A stretch of DNA of 64,000 nt from an uncultured archaeon (lineage in GTDB: Archaea > Iainarchaeota > Iainarchaeia > Iainarchaeales > Iainarchaeaceae). The translations under genes were made by a program, and so were the position numbers. The DNA is taken from the NCBI GenBank assembly GCA_964373815.1, contig CAYJWI010000001.1:7885-71884 (forward strand). Reading direction: 5' to 3'. Shown piece after piece: positions 8,342-16,954 of this stretch (the first letter of the stretch is position 1; each line of letters opens with the position of its first letter). The notes under the pieces are model-generated. The model had not been told where the DNA came from, ran no database searches, and saw only the letters and a program-made list of their open reading frames with translations.

Positions 8342-8728
8342 CTAATTTGTTACAACAAGTTTTCCGCGGAACATTTTCATGCCGCAGTGGTATTCATAGG
8401 TTCCTGGTTTTTGGGGTGTGAATGTTGCCGTGTGCGGTTCGCCGTCCTTTGATACCATGTTTACATTGAAGGCCGGGATGAGCAGTTGCCTGCCGCAGCC
8501 GGAGCCCTTGTCTGCAGAGAAGATAAATTCCACCGGCTGGCCAGCCTTTACCGTGATTTGTGCATTGTCATAAAGCCCTGTATCTAGGGCTCGTACACTC
8601 ACTTTCTGCGCATCAGGGCTATTATCCGGAGTATAGCTTGCTTGTGGTTGTTGGCTTGAACCGGTTTGGCTTTGGGCGCACCCAATGAGCAGCAAGAGGA
8701 GCACTAATGGCACAATGACTCTTTTCAT
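8342..8728 (-). CDS. cupredoxin-domain lipoprotein
   Basis: Lipobox-like LLLLIGCAQS. C-terminal GTYEYHCGMKMFRGKLVV resembles cupredoxin copper-ligand spacing. Overlaps the multicopper oxidase gene by 4 nt. Confidence 0.7.
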   Translation of the reverse strand: MKRVIVPLVLLLLLIGCAQSQTGSSQQPQASYTPDNSPDAQKVSVRALDTGLYDNAQITVKAGQPVEFIFSADKGSGCGRQLLIPAFNVNMVSKDGEPHTATFTPQKPGTYEYHCGMKMFRGKLVVTN

Positions 8729-10299
8729 GTTTTATCATCTCCGTTGTCTATAACTTTTATCATACTCATCATTCCCGAACTGAGGTGTTCGGCGTTGTGG
8801 CAGTGTATCATCCAGTCTCCGGGGTTGGAGAAGTCAACCAAAAGGTCTACCGTGCTACCTTTTGGAATGAGGGCAGTGTCTTTCCACACGAGATTTTTAT
8901 TTGCCTGACCGTTCTCGTTTATCACAAGGAACCTGTTGCCATGAATATGTATTGGATGCTGCATCGGGTGGCTTGAAGCGCCAAGATTTTTGATGCGGAT
9001 CTTTTTCACGTCCCCTTTCTGTGCTGTCCTAAAGAAATCCATATTCTCTTCCTTTGTTTTTGCATCCCTAATAATCCACGTAATTTCCGAATTGGTGGTT
9101 ATTTCGTTTATTGGCCGCATTTCATCCTCCCACTCAATAGTATCCTCGGCATGGCCTGTCATACTGCCACTATGTCCCATGCGATCTAGCATCTTATCCA
9201 TTACTGGCCAGCGTATCAATAGCTCGTATTCAAAATCAGGTTCCTTGTCAAAATATGGGCTGAATTTTCCGATTTCTTCTTTTGCGGGCGTGTTTTCCTC
9301 AAGCAGTGCGTAATCTTCTTTTGTCTGTAAAGAAATTACAGATGGATTGGCATGAATCATGCCGATTTTTTCTTCCTCCGGTTTTCCACTGAGCATGAAA
9401 TAATCCCCAGCTTCTTCAAAAAAAACATCCACAATTGCCCTTTCAGACGGACCTATTGTGATGGAATTCGCAAAGAACGGCTCTGTGTAAAAACCCGCAT
9501 CAGAGCCAACCACCTTCAACTTTGTGTTGGTAATTCCAAACTTGAATGGCCTTGCGTTTGCTGCATTCAGCAAGTACAGCCTCAAAGTTTCTCCCGCGTT
9601 TGTATCCAACCTATACTCGGTTTTGCCGTTAACAAGAATTGTGTTTCCGAACCTGCCCATCACTGCAAAATTTGTCTCTTTTTCAGGAAACTCTGGCAAG
9701 CCATTCCCTTCAATAAGAATGTCATCCAAAACAATTACTTCTCCCCTAACCATATTATTAGTGCTATTTTTTGGCTCTACGAGTATGGTTCCGTAAAGCC
9801 CCAACTCTTGCTGCTTGTCTTCCCTCACATGAGGGTGGTACCAAAACAGACCAACATCAGGAAAGTCAAGCGTATACTCAAAAAAGTCTCCGGGCTTGAC
9901 TTCTGGTTGCGTGATGTCTGGGACACCGTCAAACCTGTTTTCCAGGCGCAAGCCATGCCAGTGAACTGTAGTTGGCTCCGGCAACTCGTTCTTGAAAATA
10001 ACTTTTATCTTAGAACTCTGTTCTACTTTGAGTATCGGGCCTGGCAATTGCCCATTATACGCATAACCTTCAAACTTTTTTCCGCCCACATTTTGCACCA
10101 CTTTAATAGCCGACAAGTGGAATGTATCGCCATTTTTAAGTGTGACCATCTTCTGCTCTTTGGCCATTGACAAAGAATCAAGTTCACTATTTGGCGGACC
10201 TTTGTTTGTCGGCAGTTGCAGGAAGAAAAAACCCGAAACAATCAAAACAACTGCAATTACAATAATTATCCAGTTACGCATTTCGCCACGATCCAACAT
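8725..10299 (-). CDS. multicopper oxidase
   Basis: Copper-binding motifs HWHGLR, HPMQHPIHIHG and HCHNAEHLSSGMM. N-terminal anchor helix. The start may be MRNWIII at 10281. Confidence 0.85.
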   Translation of the reverse strand: MLDRGEMRNWIIIVIAVVLIVSGFFFLQLPTNKGPPNSELDSLSMAKEQKMVTLKNGDTFHLSAIKVVQNVGGKKFEGYAYNGQLPGPILKVEQSSKIKVIFKNELPEPTTVHWHGLRLENRFDGVPDITQPEVKPGDFFEYTLDFPDVGLFWYHPHVREDKQQELGLYGTILVEPKNSTNNMVRGEVIVLDDILIEGNGLPEFPEKETNFAVMGRFGNTILVNGKTEYRLDTNAGETLRLYLLNAANARPFKFGITNTKLKVVGSDAGFYTEPFFANSITIGPSERAIVDVFFEEAGDYFMLSGKPEEEKIGMIHANPSVISLQTKEDYALLEENTPAKEEIGKFSPYFDKEPDFEYELLIRWPVMDKMLDRMGHSGSMTGHAEDTIEWEDEMRPINEITTNSEITWIIRDAKTKEENMDFFRTAQKGDVKKIRIKNLGASSHPMQHPIHIHGNRFLVINENGQANKNLVWKDTALIPKGSTVDLLVDFSNPGDWMIHCHNAEHLSSGMMSMIKVIDNGDDKT

Positions 10300-10489
10300 T
10301 TTTCTGTTCAGTCATATTTTTTTCCAATTGTAAAATCCTGTCTTCAAAACTCTTTTCATGTTTTTTCTTTACTTTCTTTTTGAATAATAAAACCAATGCA
10401 AGGATAAATATTAAAGCGGATAGTGGGATGATTGCAATCCCAAAATTGACACCCAAAAGGTGCTCTAAGTTAATTAACTTGCTGGGCAA
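10274..10489 (-). CDS. small single-TM protein (hypothetical)
   Basis: 71-aa ORF with one hydrophobic helix and a basic stretch KKKVKKKHEK. No homology recognised. Confidence 0.3.
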   Translation of the reverse strand: MPSKLINLEHLLGVNFGIAIIPLSALIFILALVLLFKKKVKKKHEKSFEDRILQLEKNMTEQKNVGSWRNA

Positions 10490-10527
10490 TTATTGTTTCC
10501 GCACCCATACTCTTCCACTCCAAAACT

Positions 10528-11118
10528 TTAGCCAAATGCCATTTTTATTTTGTCCCCGTCCCTTATGATATAGTTCTCGTATTGCATATTTTCAACGCCA
10601 TTAATGAGGAGACTCACTTTTCTAGGTTTTCCATCAGGGCACATGTCTCCGTTTTTCTTGTCCAGTATCACTTCTTGCGAGAAATTTCTTCCGATGCTTG
10701 ACATCATAGCTCCAAGAGTTATTTGTGATGGACTTGAAACACTGCCTTCGATATGGAAAAGGCTGTCGTCATGGAGGTGGAGCAAATTACTTCCAAAGTG
10801 CTGGCCCGAAGCAGGCTTTGGAAGGGCGACATTTTCCCCGCAAATGACCAATGTGGGAGTCGCATGCCAATGGACATTGCCAAGGGGAAATGATAAGCTT
10901 CCAGTGTCATAATTTGCTTGCTTGGACTTTGGAATGGACATGAAAAACCACGCAATCCCAAAGGCTACAAGGGCTATTACTGAATAAGTCAATATTTTGT
11001 TGAAAAGTTTTTTCTTTTCCCCGGCGTTGATCGCAATTTGCTTTGCTTCTCTTCTTGTCTCAAGCTTTATCTGCCTTCTCTCATGCTTTGAGAGTTGCTC
11101 TTCAACCAATTGATTCAC
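10528..11118 (-). CDS. membrane-anchored extracytoplasmic protein with His clusters
   Basis: 196-aa ORF with an N-terminal TM helix, then HWHATPTLVICGENV and LLHLHDDSLFHIEG. I recall this kind of domain next to DsbA or copper genes but cannot name the family. Confidence 0.5.
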   Translation of the reverse strand: MNQLVEEQLSKHERRQIKLETRREAKQIAINAGEKKKLFNKILTYSVIALVAFGIAWFFMSIPKSKQANYDTGSLSFPLGNVHWHATPTLVICGENVALPKPASGQHFGSNLLHLHDDSLFHIEGSVSSPSQITLGAMMSSIGRNFSQEVILDKKNGDMCPDGKPRKVSLLINGVENMQYENYIIRDGDKIKMAFG

Positions 11119-11578
11119 CTTCTTTCCTGAATGCGCCCAAATAATTGAGTGTGAACACTAGCAACCCTATGCTAATAAGCGTTATGAGCAAACTATACTG
11201 CGTGAGGAACACACTCACGCTAAGCGGCAGGAAAATCGCCCCGAGTGAAGCGCAGGCAGGGCATTGCGAAACAAAGAACAATGCAAGCGTGCCAGCTCCG
11301 CTGCTTCCGGCTCCCTTTACCTTCTCGTCCAATGCGCACGTTTTTGGCTGCCTCCAATTGTAAACCTGGAATGAAAGCGTGATTCCGAAGATAATGGAAA
11401 AAATAATGAACAAAAAACCGTTTTCCGGAGGTATTGTCGCAAGCCACACGCCAAAATTCTCTATTATTCCAAGCAACTGGGCGTAAACATAAATAATGGC
11501 AAAAATTATTGAAGAGGAAACCGCCAGGGCAAGGTACGAATGTTTCTTCAGTACTTCCAATAATTTCATTCCTGTCAT
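11102..11578 (-). CDS. 4-TM membrane protein with intramembrane CPxC motif (paralogue 1)
   Basis: 158-aa ORF. A Gly-rich segment GAGSSGAGTLALFF is followed by SQCPACASLGAIFLPL inside a predicted TM helix. Same architecture as 13501..13968 and 15394..15900. Confidence 0.6.
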   Translation of the reverse strand: MTGMKLLEVLKKHSYLALAVSSSIIFAIIYVYAQLLGIIENFGVWLATIPPENGFLFIIFSIIFGITLSFQVYNWRQPKTCALDEKVKGAGSSGAGTLALFFVSQCPACASLGAIFLPLSVSVFLTQYSLLITLISIGLLVFTLNYLGAFRKEGESIG

Positions 11579-11601
11579 GTTGCTTTCATTCCCGGTTTTG
11601 T

Positions 11602-12228
11602 CTAATGTAAATGGTCACTGTCCCCGCCGCAACCGTCCGAAAGGTTCCAAATCTCGGTCACTTGCTGGCCTGTAAAATTGCGGTTCTTTATAAAGTATTT
11701 TCCCAAGCCACCATATACATTCCATCGCCAGCACTTGCAGCAGCATGGGCCTTTTTCTTTTGAGTTTTGCATCGCATAGTCATATTCCTTTTGCTCTTCT
11801 GCAGATAATTGGATTGTATCATAATAGGAAGACAGCTTTTTTGCCAAGCCAGCCTCAATATCATACGGGTCCGAAGGAATCTCCGGGAATTGTTTGTACT
11901 TTTCAAGCCCTTTTACTTGTTCAGTATATCTATGCATACTCATTGCACTGCAGCAAGACCCCTGCAGCCTGGCATTGTCTGGCATGCTTGCAATGGAGTC
12001 TCGGTAAGAATTGGAACAGAAAGAGTTACCATTCCTGGAAAGATAATCAAACCTTGCAACAAGTGCATTTTCCCCATTTCCGTCCTGTGGCCCTTTATAT
12101 TGCGCTGCGGCCGTGGAATTCTTCGTTTCCTGCGGTAACGAAAAGTAGAAAAAAACTCCAATAGCAAGGGCAGAAATCATGACTACCGCTGCCAAAAAAG
12201 TTTTGTCGGTTGGATTCATGCACAACAT
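11602..12228 (-). CDS. secreted or anchored Cys-rich protein, PCYCGC-motif-like
   Basis: 208-aa ORF with an N-terminal helix and motifs GSCCSAMSMHRY, GPCCCKCWRW (compare the PCYCGC motif family) and DGCGGDSDH. Confidence 0.55.
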   Translation of the reverse strand: MLCMNPTDKTFLAAVVMISALAIGVFFYFSLPQETKNSTAAAQYKGPQDGNGENALVARFDYLSRNGNSFCSNSYRDSIASMPDNARLQGSCCSAMSMHRYTEQVKGLEKYKQFPEIPSDPYDIEAGLAKKLSSYYDTIQLSAEEQKEYDYAMQNSKEKGPCCCKCWRWNVYGGLGKYFIKNRNFTGQQVTEIWNLSDGCGGDSDHLH

Positions 12229-12294
12229 CTTTTTGCATTAGAGGGGGGTGAAAAGAGGGCACACCAAAGCAGTGCACCCTCTTAACTCATATTT

Positions 12295-13101
12295 TTACTT
12301 TAGGAGGCCATCGATTGCCGATTTGAGTACGGAGTATGGTTGCGCCCCCACAATCAACTGGCCCGTTCCGTCAGCCTTGCCTATTACAAAGCTCGGGGTG
12401 CCGGTAACTCCAATGCTTGACCCTTCATTGAAGTTCGCTTGGACAGCACTTGTATACTTGCCGGTGTCAAGGCAGGTATTGAATTGCGATGAGTTCAGGC
12501 CCAAGTCTTGCCCCCATTTTTTCACATCCTCTTTGGTAAGGTTTGAGATTGTCCCTTGGCCAAATTTTGCCTGTTCAGTGAAGATTTTGTCGTGCATTTC
12601 CCAATACTTCTGCTGGTCTCCCGCGCACCTTGCGGCTTCAGAATACACCGGCGCCATCGGGTGGAAATTTAGTGGAAAGTCCTTGTACACGAAAAGCACT
12701 TTTCCGGTTTCTATATACTCCTTGTCTAACTGAGCCTTCGAGTCATTGAACCATTTCCTGCAGAAAGGGCACTGATAATCAGAGTACTCGATTATTACAA
12801 TCGGCGCGTCCTGCTTACCCTGAACAGCTGCTGCCCCCTGCAATAGGCCCTTTATTTCCGTGGTTTGTTGTGCCGGTTGCGGGTTTGGTTGGGGAGTTGC
12901 GGCAACATTGCCTGCATTGCCAGAGTCTTGTGACGGTGCACCGCCCCCCCGGATTTCTGAAATTGTTTTTGTGAGACCTGAAAGGCTATTGCCTACCCCC
13001 GAACCTGCGGCAAATATGCTAACTGATAGTATTATTGCAGCAAACAGTATACTCACAGGCAAATACAGCGCCTCCGCCTCAGATTTTACGTGTTCGCTCA
13101 C
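12295..13101 (-). CDS. DsbA-like thiol:disulfide oxidoreductase (thioredoxin fold)
   Basis: N-terminal TM anchor, low-complexity linker, then YSDYQCPFCRKW and a DsbA-like helical insertion. Confidence 0.8.
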   Translation of the reverse strand: MSEHVKSEAEALYLPVSILFAAIILSVSIFAAGSGVGNSLSGLTKTISEIRGGGAPSQDSGNAGNVAATPQPNPQPAQQTTEIKGLLQGAAAVQGKQDAPIVIIEYSDYQCPFCRKWFNDSKAQLDKEYIETGKVLFVYKDFPLNFHPMAPVYSEAARCAGDQQKYWEMHDKIFTEQAKFGQGTISNLTKEDVKKWGQDLGLNSSQFNTCLDTGKYTSAVQANFNEGSSIGVTGTPSFVIGKADGTGQLIVGAQPYSVLKSAIDGLLK

Positions 13102-13163
13102 TCAAAATCACCACCAAATTTTTCTTTATTCATTTTTTAGACCTCCATGTTCTTTGTTTTTAT

Positions 13164-13466
13164 TTATTTCATGCAATTAATTGTACATTGAAGCGGCTGG
13201 CTGTCTTGGCTATTTTCAATAGGCGAAAAAAGAACAGTTGTTTGCTTTGAAAACAGTTTTTCTTCCGAGACTTCCGCCTGATAAGTATTTTGATTTGTTT
13301 TCAGAGCCAAAGTGACTGACCCACCAGTCTTGGAGAAAGTTTGCTTTTCTGATAAGAGAGCCAAGCCCATGAAAATGAAGAACCCGACAAAAAAAATCCC
13401 GAGGTACACGTAATTGCGTTCATCAGAGGCAGGATTCAAACTCATAATGTAACCATAATGTAACAT
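13164..13466 (-). CDS. hypothetical single-TM protein
   Basis: 100-aa ORF with one hydrophobic helix. No motif recognised. Confidence 0.3.
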   Translation of the reverse strand: MLHYGYIMSLNPASDERNYVYLGIFFVGFFIFMGLALLSEKQTFSKTGGSVTLALKTNQNTYQAEVSEEKLFSKQTTVLFSPIENSQDSQPLQCTINCMK

Positions 13467-13500
13467 AAGTATTTAAACGTATCTAAACTCCATTACCCGC

Positions 13501-13968
13501 ATGGTCGCGGAAAATAAACTGGCATATTTTTTGCATAAGCACAAGTTTATGGGCGGATTGCCGCTTTTGGCTTTTTTTATTGTGTTATTAGGCACTCCGA
13601 CGGCACTTATCCCTAACCCGTTTATCCATTACATCAGGATGACGCCGGTTACCTGGCTTGATTATTTTTTCCTTCTCACGACAGGCATTCTCCTTTCAGC
13701 CAATGTGATTGTTTTCCTTGAGAAAAAAACGAAAAAAGAGGGCGCAATATTCGGGGGCGGCTTTTTGGGTTTTTTGGCGTTTGCCTGCCCAATATGTAAC
13801 ATCCTATTGGTCAGCCTGCTTGGCGCAACTTTTATTTTGGAATTCATCGAGCCCCTAAGGCCGTTATTTGGCATCGCGTCAATTGTGATTCTCTTGGCTA
13901 CACTTTATTTACAACTGAGGCAGCCGACCTGCAACGAATGCATGATTGGCGGTCAAAGCACACAATGA
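13501..13968 (+). CDS. 4-TM membrane protein with intramembrane CPxC motif (paralogue 2)
   Basis: 155-aa ORF. GAIFGGGFLGFLAFACPICNILLVSLLGA plus a C-terminal CNEC. Confidence 0.6.
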   Translation: MVAENKLAYFLHKHKFMGGLPLLAFFIVLLGTPTALIPNPFIHYIRMTPVTWLDYFFLLTTGILLSANVIVFLEKKTKKEGAIFGGGFLGFLAFACPICNILLVSLLGATFILEFIEPLRPLFGIASIVILLATLYLQLRQPTCNECMIGGQSTQ

Positions 13969-13987
13969 AAAAGGCAGGCACATTTTT

Positions 13988-14697
13988 TCAAAATAAAATT
14001 GACATTAAATAAACAACTGGAAACAATATTGCCTGGTGCAAAAAATAAACCAAAAGGGAATTCTTCCCCAGTGCCTGCAAAAATCCGGCCGCCGAGTTTT
14101 TCGGCTCTTCAAGTTGGAATTTTCTTTCCGCACCTTTGTATAATGTATCGCCGATAAACAAACCAATGAGAACTACCCCAAACCACGGGAACACCGGGAA
14201 AAAATCCAATGTTGGTTGCGGAGCCGCAAATCCAAGCCAAACCAGCAATGGCTGGTTGGTGCTGCGCAAATCATAAAACAGCGGCAAGGCGATTAACACA
14301 AGGGCAAGTAGTGCACCCAACCGCTTTTTTCCGGCAAACGGGATTGAAAGTATTATCGAGGCGCCTATCAGGTGGAGGATGCCAAAGTAAATGAAATTCT
14401 CCCTGAAAAAATGAAGGTGAAAGCCGTTATCAGAAGGCCAAACCCGAAAACAACCGCCCCGCGCTTTAGGAATCGCTGGGCGTAGTCATTTCTGTGCTTG
14501 TGGCAGGTTATGCTCAGAGCAACGCCGACAAGCAACAGAAACAGGGTGGCAGTGGCCTTCTGGAGCAAGCCCCAGAACCCAGAATAAATGTCCCCTTGGA
14601 TAAATCCAAAATACCTCAAATCCCAGACAAAGTGGAAAACAACCATCATCATTACTGCCAGGCCGCGTCCAAAATCAATTTCCCAAAAGTGGTGCAT
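13988..14697 (-). pseudogene. DUF1624-like (heparan-alpha-glucosaminide N-acetyltransferase-like) membrane protein, split by a frameshift
   Basis: The N-terminal half (14368..14697, FGRGLAVMMMVVFHFVWDLRYFG) and the C-terminal half (13988..14320) are in different frames with a 47-nt gap. Together they make one protein of typical length. Confidence 0.5.
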
Positions 14698-14798
14698 TAA
14701 CCTGCCTTTTCTTTATTAAAAAGGATTTTCAGAGGTTACCCCGAAATCTCACCGGAAACCAAAAAGCAAAAATGAGCTAGGTGAACAATTATTTGGTT

Positions 14799-15167
14799 TT
14801 ATAGTTTGTTGAAGGCGTTAGATTCTGCCAGTTTTATGAGTGGAAGTATTGCTTTCCTGACTTTTTCGCCGTTGCGCGTGAGCGAGTATTCTACCCTCGG
14901 CGGCTTCTCAGAAAACGCTGTTCTGACGACCAAGTTGTGTTCTTCTAGCTCGCACAGCCTTTCAGCCAGAGATTTCTGCGTGATTCCGCCAATCCTTTTT
15001 AATAGGCCATTGAACCTGAGCGCGCCAAAGTTCCCGATTATTACTAGAATGCTCAGCGCCCACTTCTTGCTAAGAAAAGCAGTCTTTTCAAGTGGCTTTG
15101 GACAGTAGCCATTGCCCCTCATTCCACACTCGCTGTTCGTTACCAAACGTATACTGGTTTCCGGCAT
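14799..15167 (-). CDS. HxlR-family winged-helix transcriptional regulator
   Basis: CPKPLEKTAFLSKKWALSILVII..LRFNGLLKRIGGITQKSLAERLCELEEHNLV..EKPPRVEYSLT. Confidence 0.75.
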   Translation of the reverse strand: MPETSIRLVTNSECGMRGNGYCPKPLEKTAFLSKKWALSILVIIGNFGALRFNGLLKRIGGITQKSLAERLCELEEHNLVVRTAFSEKPPRVEYSLTRNGEKVRKAILPLIKLAESNAFNKL

Positions 15168-15245
15168 GAAACTGCCCCCCTTAAATTAATCAAGAACCAC
15201 TTAATAGTATACAAAATAAACCAATTAAAAATGGAGGTGTTTCAA

Positions 15246-15380
15246 ATGGACAAAACAAAATCCTGTTGCAGTGGAGGAGTATGCCAAGCCTGTGATTGCT
15301 GCATATGCATATGCACAAAAGAACTCAAAAAAGCACTTTCACCGCAAGCAAGAAAACTCTTACTTAAAGCACTCCAATGA
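15246..15380 (+). CDS. 44-aa cysteine-rich peptide (8 Cys in residues 7-23), not in the ORF track
   Basis: ATG is preceded by GGAGGTG at an 8-nt spacing. Translation is MDKTKSCCSGGVCQACDCCICICTKELKKALSPQARKLLLKALQ. The stop lies 13 nt before the CPxC paralogue 3 start, and the gene is divergent from the HxlR regulator. Confidence 0.5.
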   Translation: MDKTKSCCSGGVCQACDCCICICTKELKKALSPQARKLLLKALQ

Positions 15381-15393
15381 AGAGTGACGCCAA

Positions 15394-15900
15394 ATGATTG
15401 GAACCGAATCAAAATCAACTATTAATGCCATTGGCCTGGCACTCAAGTCCAGAAAACGCTTGGCTATAGGCATTATTTCAGCAATTGCAATGGCTTTTCT
15501 CTCCATTTACATTCCAGCGGCTATTAAGCTTGGAACCACAATTGAATCCCAAATTTCTCTTTTAACTTGGGAGAACATTTTACTCATAACCATTTTCTCG
15601 ATTTTGTTCGGGGTGTCAATCGCCCTTCACAGTTATGCAATGAGCTTAAAGAAAAACCATGGCAATATGAGCGTGACCCCGGTTGGAGGATTTGCCGGCA
15701 TCATAGGCGGGGTGTTTTCAGGGCCGATGTGCCCTACCTGCATAAGCACCATCATCAGCATATTAGGCCTCGGCAGCTCCACAGCCATTTTCATGCTCTC
15801 CCACAGGACGGAAATACTCGCACTAAGCGCACTTCTCATTATCACCTCGATTTATTTTGTAGGGAAAAAAGTAACACGTTTTTGCGACAAATGCAAATGA
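15394..15900 (+). CDS. 4-TM membrane protein with intramembrane CPxC motif (paralogue 3)
   Basis: 168-aa ORF. VGGFAGIIGGVFSGPMCPTCISTIISILGLG plus a C-terminal CDKC. Confidence 0.6.
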   Translation: MIGTESKSTINAIGLALKSRKRLAIGIISAIAMAFLSIYIPAAIKLGTTIESQISLLTWENILLITIFSILFGVSIALHSYAMSLKKNHGNMSVTPVGGFAGIIGGVFSGPMCPTCISTIISILGLGSSTAIFMLSHRTEILALSALLIITSIYFVGKKVTRFCDKCK

Positions 15901-16000
15901 AAAGACAGGCTTATCTATTTCTGAAGCTCTAGTCTGGAATCAGGCATTAAAGGCTCGTAAAGCGTTTTAAGGAGAATGGCACCCGTTTTAAACGGGTGAT

Positions 16001-16309
16001 TTGGCAATGGCGCTTGAAATAATTCTCACAATAATCTCCACATTGTTTTCGCTGGGGGCAATCTACTACTCGTTCATGCTTTCAAAGGAAACCAGCGGCG
16101 CAAAATACTGGATTTTTTTCCTAATAGCATCCGTAATGTTCGGAATAGCGCACCTGGCCTCAAAGGATTTCATGGGCTTTTCATCCGAAACCCAGTTTGT
16201 CGTCAAGGAGGTAGCTGAAATCGCAGGCGCATTCTCGCTGGCGTACGCTACTTATGGCTTGTATTCCTCTATGAAAAAAATCCGCGAAAAAATCGGCAAA
16301 GAACTTTAG
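16001..16309 (+). CDS. small 3-TM membrane protein (hypothetical)
   Basis: 102-aa hydrophobic ORF with a TTG start (or ATG at 16007). No motif recognised. Confidence 0.4.
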   Translation: MAMALEIILTIISTLFSLGAIYYSFMLSKETSGAKYWIFFLIASVMFGIAHLASKDFMGFSSETQFVVKEVAEIAGAFSLAYATYGLYSSMKKIREKIGKEL

Positions 16310-16322
16310 AGGAATGAACTAA

Positions 16323-16592
16323 ATGGACAAGACAATCCTCTTCTACTGGAGCAAAGGAGCCGAAACACGGGTCAAAATCCTAAATGCCGCCCACCAATGC
16401 AACAAAAACAAAGAGCCCTGCTTCATACAGCAAATCGCAGACAAACTAAAAATCAGCCATGTGGGCATAAAAAAACACGTCGACCTGCTGATAGAAAACG
16501 GATACCTCAAAGAAGTGAATCCAAAAGGGAAACCAGTATATCTTGAACTAACTCACAGTGGAAATGCAATACTTAAGGAATTCAAAAAATAG
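16323..16592 (+). CDS. small winged-helix DNA-binding protein (ArsR/MarR-like)
   Basis: 89-aa ORF. IQQIADKLKISHVGIKKHVDLLIENGYLKEVNPKGKPVYLELT. Confidence 0.6.
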   Translation: MDKTILFYWSKGAETRVKILNAAHQCNKNKEPCFIQQIADKLKISHVGIKKHVDLLIENGYLKEVNPKGKPVYLELTHSGNAILKEFKK

Positions 16593-16625
16593 CCATTAGG
16601 TTTGTTATTGTCGTTTTTGTAAAAA

Positions 16626-16931
16626 TTAATTCATAAGAAGGAATTGCCATAATTTCTTTATAAAGAGAATTTTGTCAATGCAAAGAGGCGATTGCCGTGG
16701 GGCGTCTAGGCGTCCTTCGCTCTTGTCAAAAATGTTCCCGTCAGGAAAGCTCCCGACATATTCAACCTTCACCGTATCCCCTTCCTTTACCTTCACCAAT
16801 TCACCAACTCCTCCATTCGCATTCGCCCCCACATTCACTTCAGTTCCAGCTCCCTTGCCCTGCTCACTTGCCTGCTGCGAGCACCCGGCGAGAAGCAACG
16901 AAACAATGAGAAAGGACAGGATTTTGCGCAT
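16626..16931 (-). pseudogene. truncated FKBP-type peptidyl-prolyl isomerase lipoprotein
   Basis: Lipobox LLLAGCSQ and the FKBP N-terminal strand GDTVKVEYVGSFPDGNIFDKSEGR are present. Unrelated sequence follows, and the rest of the FKBP fold is absent in all frames. Confidence 0.4.
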
Positions 16932-16954
16932 GCACAAATCCAAACCCATTAAAT

